A stretch of DNA of 64,000 nt, taken from positions 124,001 through 188,000 of IMG/VR virus record IMGVR_UViG_3300028045_000001; one strand, 5' to 3'. Below the pieces are notes generated by a model. That model saw only the letters and a list, made by a program, of their open reading frames with translations, made no database searches and was not told the DNA's origin. Numbering within the stretch: the stretch's first letter is position 1; each line of letters opens with the position of its first letter. Shown in pieces: positions 58,971 through 64,000 of this stretch. A program made the translations under genes and the position numbers.

Positions 58971-59576
58971 ATGTTAGTACCTGGAAGCACATATAAGTTT
59001 GAATTTGTTCCGGTATTAGCTGGCATAAATGGCATATATGAAGTTACATCTATAGTTTCGTATAATCAGTATGTCTTAGATGGGGGAGATACGCTAAAAG
59101 ATCTATTTGAAACAAACAGTTTAACGGAGGCAGAATATGCAACACACGCTGAAGAAATTGTTGGTTCAAAAGTAGCATATCTGTTATCTAAGACCACTGT
59201 CCAGCCAGCCATTCCGGTACCACTGTGTCTATTTCCAAAACATCCAGACACTAATCTGAAACCGTATGGAAGATTAATTGTAACCTTAGATCTTGGGATA
59301 TTTGGAGACCAGACAAGACTTGAGGCATTGATGAGTGCAATGAAGGATATAGCGCTCACATCTGTTGGAATTGATAATGATCCAGTGTTGATGAATATAG
59401 ACACCAAATGGTTAACCGATGCTGAGTATGCTGCCATAAGACAAACCCGCGAAGATCTAATAACAAATGAGGTCACGTATTATAGTGAATTCAAACGAGT
59501 ACAGGAAGCACTGAATAGAGCCAATGATAAAATATCAGCTTACGAGGCAGGACTCATCGCACTACAAAATCCATAA
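58971..59576 (+). CDS. probable virion structural protein
   Basis: GAGG RBS; IPVPL...P, IVTLDLG and C-terminal coiled coil. Confidence 0.5.
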   Translation: MLVPGSTYKFEFVPVLAGINGIYEVTSIVSYNQYVLDGGDTLKDLFETNSLTEAEYATHAEEIVGSKVAYLLSKTTVQPAIPVPLCLFPKHPDTNLKPYGRLIVTLDLGIFGDQTRLEALMSAMKDIALTSVGIDNDPVLMNIDTKWLTDAEYAAIRQTREDLITNEVTYYSEFKRVQEALNRANDKISAYEAGLIALQNP

Positions 59577-59595
59577 TTTATTAGGAGAATAGTAA

Positions 59596-61488
59596 ATGAT
59601 AGAAATTGATCCAACTGGAGAGAATCCTGAATTTTTCGTAGCTGATAAAAGATTCATGGTCCACCAGCCAGCACAAATAATAGACCTTGGTGGGATCTAC
59701 TTCGAGAAAGGGTTTACGCTATATCAAGTAGAGAATGCATTAAAGATCGAACTCATTGAAGATCAGGACTACCGAATAACCGATTCTGATTTAGCCGAAC
59801 AAGCTTTGGGTAAGCTATTGTTGACCTACGATGATTTCAATGAGGTTATAATCAAATCGATCACAATTTTAAAGCCATCCAATGTTAGGTACATGGTGTC
59901 CTGGGCAGGGAATGTGCTTAACAAAACATCAATCAGTGACCCCATAACCTTAACCGATGAACTTATGGATATTCTTATATCGCAAGAATCTGACATCGAT
60001 GATATCAAGAAGTCTATGATAAGCAATATCGGTGGAGTAGATCCATACACTTCGCCCTATATGTTAGAGAACGATATACACGGCGCTAATCCAGATAATC
60101 TTATTACCGGCGAAGTGCATAAAGTTGACGGGACAAAGGCGTACAATCAACTCATCTCTCCTGCCGCTGGACCATTCTTTGGGGATACATTAGAAGTTAT
60201 AATGGTAGCAACTGGACAGCCAGTACTGCCATCAGAGTATAGTCCGATCTCCATCGATCTTGAACTGTCAGGTGAAAGTAATTATAAGGCACCTATATTC
60301 AAGTATATCTTTTTCAAGAACACTATCGTTGGCGATGTTGCTATAAACTACCATGCCGTTGGTGGGAGAGTAACTGTAGAAAACATGCGTTCGCTGGATC
60401 TTGAATTCAGGAACCTAACTTCATTTATGGGTGGAGGCAATATCATAACCTCCAATAATTTAAACAAGGCACCTACCTTTTTATCGTTAATTGAACGACT
60501 GGTTAAGATGGAGGATACTGTGAGAAGATTATTAGTTCAAAATTTGGCTGATTACTCAGACGTTAGCGATGGCCAATCAATATTACTTCAAGTAACATCT
60601 CCTGATGCAGACATGCATTGGTATGACATAGCAACTTTATATAAAGTTTCTGGATCAGATGATATAACTGAAGTTGATCAGTGTGTACTTAAGATTGGAA
60701 CTGGCCAATCTAGAATGATATGCACCACTGTCATCACAACTAACTTACATGCGCAGAAGGGCAACCAGTTTTCTTTATCTGTACACGATGCATCTGTCCC
60801 GCAAAAATATAAAGATTTTGTGGACTATGTTTCAGTCGATGATCGCGTTATACCAATGTTCAGGATTGTATGGTCTAAGGATCCAAGTGACGGCATTGGC
60901 TCTGGCGTCGTGCTGCAGATGGGACTGAGATTAAAATTGTTTTCTTCAGAACAAATTGCCGTTGAGAGTATGTCCGGGGTTGAGTCCTGCTGGAAGCTGC
61001 TCCCACAACCAGCTGTGGCCATGGGGCCAAATGATGACCTTATCCAACTTCCGGACGGAAGAGTATGGGCATCGGGAGATTCAGTAGGCGCAATGCCAAC
61101 ATGCTTTGTTGAAGCGCTTCCTTTGCCCTTGCCAAATGGTATACTTGGATACGGTGGTGGGATACCTGCAGCTACACTTGTTGGTTGGACTATCATAGCC
61201 AACATCATGCCTCCGGAAGTGGACCTTTCAAAAACAAAGAAGGTCCGGATAGATATAACGGACAGCATCACTTCAGAGGTATCTTCATCAACCATAGAGT
61301 TCGCCAGGAATCAAAGTGTCCTTATGGGATCTGGTAATATAACAGGGGATACAACTGGTAGGCAAGTATTGATTAAGATCGATAATTCGCTTCCTCCAGA
61401 ATCTCGTGTGGCTATAAGAGTTGATGTAGCGGCAGAAGATAATATTGCGGATAAATTTTTAGTAAATCAAATATTGTTTTATTTTTAA
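59596..61488 (+). CDS. virion structural protein (tail/baseplate-type, phiKZ-like)
   Basis: DPTGENPE and LENDIHGANPDNLITGEVH...ISPAAGPFFG modules typical of phiKZ-like baseplate/tail proteins. Confidence 0.6.
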   Translation: MIEIDPTGENPEFFVADKRFMVHQPAQIIDLGGIYFEKGFTLYQVENALKIELIEDQDYRITDSDLAEQALGKLLLTYDDFNEVIIKSITILKPSNVRYMVSWAGNVLNKTSISDPITLTDELMDILISQESDIDDIKKSMISNIGGVDPYTSPYMLENDIHGANPDNLITGEVHKVDGTKAYNQLISPAAGPFFGDTLEVIMVATGQPVLPSEYSPISIDLELSGESNYKAPIFKYIFFKNTIVGDVAINYHAVGGRVTVENMRSLDLEFRNLTSFMGGGNIITSNNLNKAPTFLSLIERLVKMEDTVRRLLVQNLADYSDVSDGQSILLQVTSPDADMHWYDIATLYKVSGSDDITEVDQCVLKIGTGQSRMICTTVITTNLHAQKGNQFSLSVHDASVPQKYKDFVDYVSVDDRVIPMFRIVWSKDPSDGIGSGVVLQMGLRLKLFSSEQIAVESMSGVESCWKLLPQPAVAMGPNDDLIQLPDGRVWASGDSVGAMPTCFVEALPLPLPNGILGYGGGIPAATLVGWTIIANIMPPEVDLSKTKKVRIDITDSITSEVSSSTIEFARNQSVLMGSGNITGDTTGRQVLIKIDNSLPPESRVAIRVDVAAEDNIADKFLVNQILFYF

Positions 61489-61570
61489 TGTTTAATTATA
61501 ACAGCAGGTGGGAAATCCCACCTGCTGTTATATGTATGTAATAAAAACATTTTCATCCCCTTTTTATTTA

Positions 61571-61585
61571 TATATTACAGTAATG
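61571..61585 (+). promoter_or_regulatory. early promoter
   Basis: TATATTAC-agta-ATG after the hairpin at about 61498-61531. Confidence 0.65.
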
Positions 61586-61771
61586 ATATTAGAAATTACA
61601 TTTTAAACAACTGTTCAAATGGAGAAAACTATTTATGGAGATTACAACTGAACTACACGACTATGTAAATGAATCACTTAGTCATATTGGAAAAGGGAAA
61701 TTCATACAAGGTTAAAATAACTTCAAGTGTCACATTGAATTTACTATTAGTAACGAGGAGGTGCTTTAAGA

Positions 61772-62233
61772 ATGGATGCAATGGTGAATACTGTAAAAGA
61801 ACTTTTGAAGGAGGCATTTGGCGACGATGTAAAATATAGCTTGCTGGTTATTGAGTCGGCGACTAAAAGAAAACTATCTGTAATTTCCAATTTATCCTCT
61901 ACTTTTGAACTATCGACATTTAAAGGATTGATAAAGTTTATAGAAAGTAATACAGATGCATGGGTAGACCATGTCAAATATATTAGAGGGATTGTAGCTC
62001 GCCCGGATACCGAGGACGCCATAGTCATGGGTCTATTAAAAACTGTGTTTAAAGGCAATAGCATTATATTAAATATATCGTCTTCGAAAAGTCCAAGCCG
62101 GACCATGTCTTATATGATCCCCGCACACACCGGGACCACAGTCCCACTGGAGGCAATATACATTAGGGTACATGACCTAGAAGTAAGAGAGGCCGTTAGA
62201 AAAATAGAGAGCGGATCTGTCCCCATACATTAA
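61772..62233 (+). CDS. hypothetical protein
   Basis: GAGGAGG RBS. Confidence 0.65.
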   Translation: MDAMVNTVKELLKEAFGDDVKYSLLVIESATKRKLSVISNLSSTFELSTFKGLIKFIESNTDAWVDHVKYIRGIVARPDTEDAIVMGLLKTVFKGNSIILNISSSKSPSRTMSYMIPAHTGTTVPLEAIYIRVHDLEVREAVRKIESGSVPIH

Positions 62234-62249
62234 AAAAGGAGAATTCGAT

Positions 62250-62687
62250 ATGCAAGTGGTAGTGATAACTGGCGAAATAAAAGAACGAATAGAAAAAGCT
62301 ATAGAACTCGCATCTAACAACCCAAGAACAGTAGACGCTCTAACCAAGCTGATGGAATCAACTGATGAGTTGCCAGATGATTTTCATGCAGAGTACACCG
62401 TACTTATACCAATGGGTATCTCGGTTACATATACCCACGATGAAGCGATGGAAGGGTTGATGTGTAGACATATTTCAATTTGTGGTAACGTAAAAGAAAA
62501 AGTAGTTGATCCCCATACTGTAAAAATGATAATGGAGGAGTATGGATTCATCAATACCCATGTAAACGACCCAGAGCACGAAAAACGCCCGATAGTTCGC
62601 TTGGAGTATAATGACTCTGGAGCTGGGATCATCCATGCCCTCGAACCATTAGATGGAGATATGAGTAAACTGCGAAAACAGGCGTAG
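62250..62687 (+). CDS. hypothetical protein
   Basis: AAGGAG RBS; 20-bp-stem hairpin at 62701-62743 follows. Confidence 0.7.
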   Translation: MQVVVITGEIKERIEKAIELASNNPRTVDALTKLMESTDELPDDFHAEYTVLIPMGISVTYTHDEAMEGLMCRHISICGNVKEKVVDPHTVKMIMEEYGFINTHVNDPEHEKRPIVRLEYNDSGAGIIHALEPLDGDMSKLRKQA

Positions 62688-62774
62688 TATACATAGTCCA
62701 GTGCCTAACAAGTACATAGCAATGCTATGTACTTGTTAGGCACAACTGATTTATAAATTATAGGACGGTGATAA

Positions 62775-63008
62775 ATGGATAGTTCATACAACGATGGATT
62801 CAAAGCTGGAGTTTTAAATGGAAGGGAACAAGTGCTTGAAAACATGAGAGAGATCGCCGCCACAATTGATGTCTGTAGGGCTTCCTCAAACTACATAGAA
62901 AAACAATTACACATTGGGCATTCGACTATGTACGACATATATGAATATAAATCAAATCTATTGGATACCTTATTAAATAAAATAGATGGGATGATGGTGG
63001 ACGACTAA
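62775..63008 (+). CDS. hypothetical protein
   Basis: AGGA upstream; 77 aa. Confidence 0.5.
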   Translation: MDSSYNDGFKAGVLNGREQVLENMREIAATIDVCRASSNYIEKQLHIGHSTMYDIYEYKSNLLDTLLNKIDGMMVDD

Positions 63009-63121
63009 AATAGATGGGGGCAAGTGCCAAGTTATTGATTAGCGCTTATTAGATCTTTTCATTTATATATTACTACTATGTGTAAGGTATATGTATGTAG
63101 TTTTTAATATAGGAGAATAAT

Positions 63122-63313
63122 ATGGAAATATGTCAAGTCGATGGATGTAATAGAAAACACTATGTCAAGGGCCATTGTGAAAAACACAATAAAGAAATGC
63201 AGATATGCGGCAGGATACTCCCAGTTATAAAGTGTAAGTTCGAAGGATGCGATGAAGAGCGTTTTAAGGAGGGGTACTGTCATGGATGCTACATGCGGAT
63301 GTATAAACCATGA
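63122..63313 (+). CDS. two-finger C-x4-C-x9-C-x2-H/C zinc-finger protein
   Basis: CQVDGCNRKHYVKGHCEKH and CKFEGCDEERFKEGYCHGC; AGGAG RBS; early promoter at 63066. Confidence 0.75.
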   Translation: MEICQVDGCNRKHYVKGHCEKHNKEMQICGRILPVIKCKFEGCDEERFKEGYCHGCYMRMYKP

Positions 63314-63338
63314 CAGAATAACATCATAGGAGAATAAT

Positions 63339-64000
63339 ATGAAAATATGTAAGGTTGATGGATGTGATAGAAAACACCATGCTAAAGGTTACTGTCACAA
63401 ACATTATCTACAAATACAAAAATATGGCAAGATCCTGCCAGATAGAGTTATAACTGTTGGATGTAAAGTCGATAGATGCGATGAAAAGCACCATGCTAAA
63501 GGATACTGTAGGAAACACTATCTACAAGTGCAACAACATGGCAAGACCATGTCTGATAGAGTTAAGCCAGTTGGATGTAAAGTCGATAGATGTGATGGAA
63601 AACGCTATGCTAAAGGGTATTGTAGTAGACACTATCGACAAGTGCATAAGCGTGACAAGATCCTGCCAGATAGAGTTAAGCCCGTTGGATGTAAAGTCGA
63701 TAGATGTGACGGAAAACACTATGCTAAAGGGTATTGTAGCAAACATTATCGCCGGATGAGAAGACATGGTAAGATTCTGCCAGATAGAGTCAAACCCGTT
63801 GGATGTACAGTCGATAGATGTAATGAAGAGCGTGTAGCTAAGGGGTATTGTCACAAACACTATCATCAGATGCAGAGGAAGGGCAAGCTCCTGCCAGATA
63901 GAGTTGTTGGATGTAAAGTTGATGGATGTAAGGGAAAACACTATGCTAAAGGCCACTGTAGGAAACATTATCTACAAATGCATAGGTACGGTAAGATCCT
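63339..64000 (+). CDS. tandem zinc-finger array protein, at least 6 x 38-aa repeats (3'-truncated by window; absent from the ORF track)
   Basis: AGGAG RBS, ATG 63339; reads MKICKVDGCDRKHHAKGYCHKHYLQIQKYGKILPDRVITVGCKVDRC... open to the window end; 114-nt period. Confidence 0.88.
   Translation, partial: MKICKVDGCDRKHHAKGYCHKHYLQIQKYGKILPDRVITVGCKVDRCDEKHHAKGYCRKHYLQVQQHGKTMSDRVKPVGCKVDRCDGKRYAKGYCSRHYRQVHKRDKILPDRVKPVGCKVDRCDGKHYAKGYCSKHYRRMRRHGKILPDRVKPVGCTVDRCNEERVAKGYCHKHYHQMQRKGKLLPDRVVGCKVDGCKGKHYAKGHCRKHYLQMHRYGKI

Noticed and set aside
63457-63968. ORF-track ORFs 63457..63759 (+) and 63522..63968 (-)
   Set aside because: They are alternate-frame shadows of the zinc-finger repeat. The RBS-supported frame starts at 63339 and is missing from the track only because it has no stop in the window.
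1-64000. Stop-codon reassignment, tRNA genes, integrase/transposase
   Set aside because: Core genes are full-length under the standard code with TAA, TAG and TGA all used as stops. No cloverleaf with T-loop/CCA or recombinase motifs was recognised.

Overview
AT-rich, almost entirely plus-strand 64 kb segment of a phiKZ-related, probably nucleus-forming jumbo phage (Chimalliviridae-like). The conserved phiKZ-type core block is recognisable from motifs and gene order. It contains a split family-B DNA polymerase subunit (gp50-like), a putative chimallin directly upstream of the non-virion RNA polymerase (nvRNAP) beta' N-terminal subunit (DFDGD motif), an SbcD/Mre11 nuclease, gp66-, ChmC/gp67-, gp68-, PicA/gp69- and gp70-like genes, nvRNAP beta C-terminal and beta' C-terminal subunits, an SF2 helicase and virion proteins. 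Accessory islands (about 8.5-15.5 kb, 20.5-36.8 kb, 45-51.4 kb and 61.5-64 kb) are built from hairpin + early promoter (TATATTAC) + gene modules. Most notable: (1) a half-length paralog of the gp68 sigma-like specificity subunit directly upstream of the full gene; (2) a conserved, probably structured long 5' leader present three times ahead of small membrane-protein genes; (3) two DUF285/BspA-type 25-aa repeat arrays with hypervariable positions; (4) a tandem C3H zinc-finger array running off the window end; (5) degenerate enzyme folds (LigA-like, standalone Hint-like, SDR); (6) candidate counter-defence genes (Acb2/Tad1-like, NADAR, kinase-Nudix, SLOG). No tRNA, rRNA, CRISPR array, integrase or transposase was seen. 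All family assignments come from motif recognition and synteny, not database searches.
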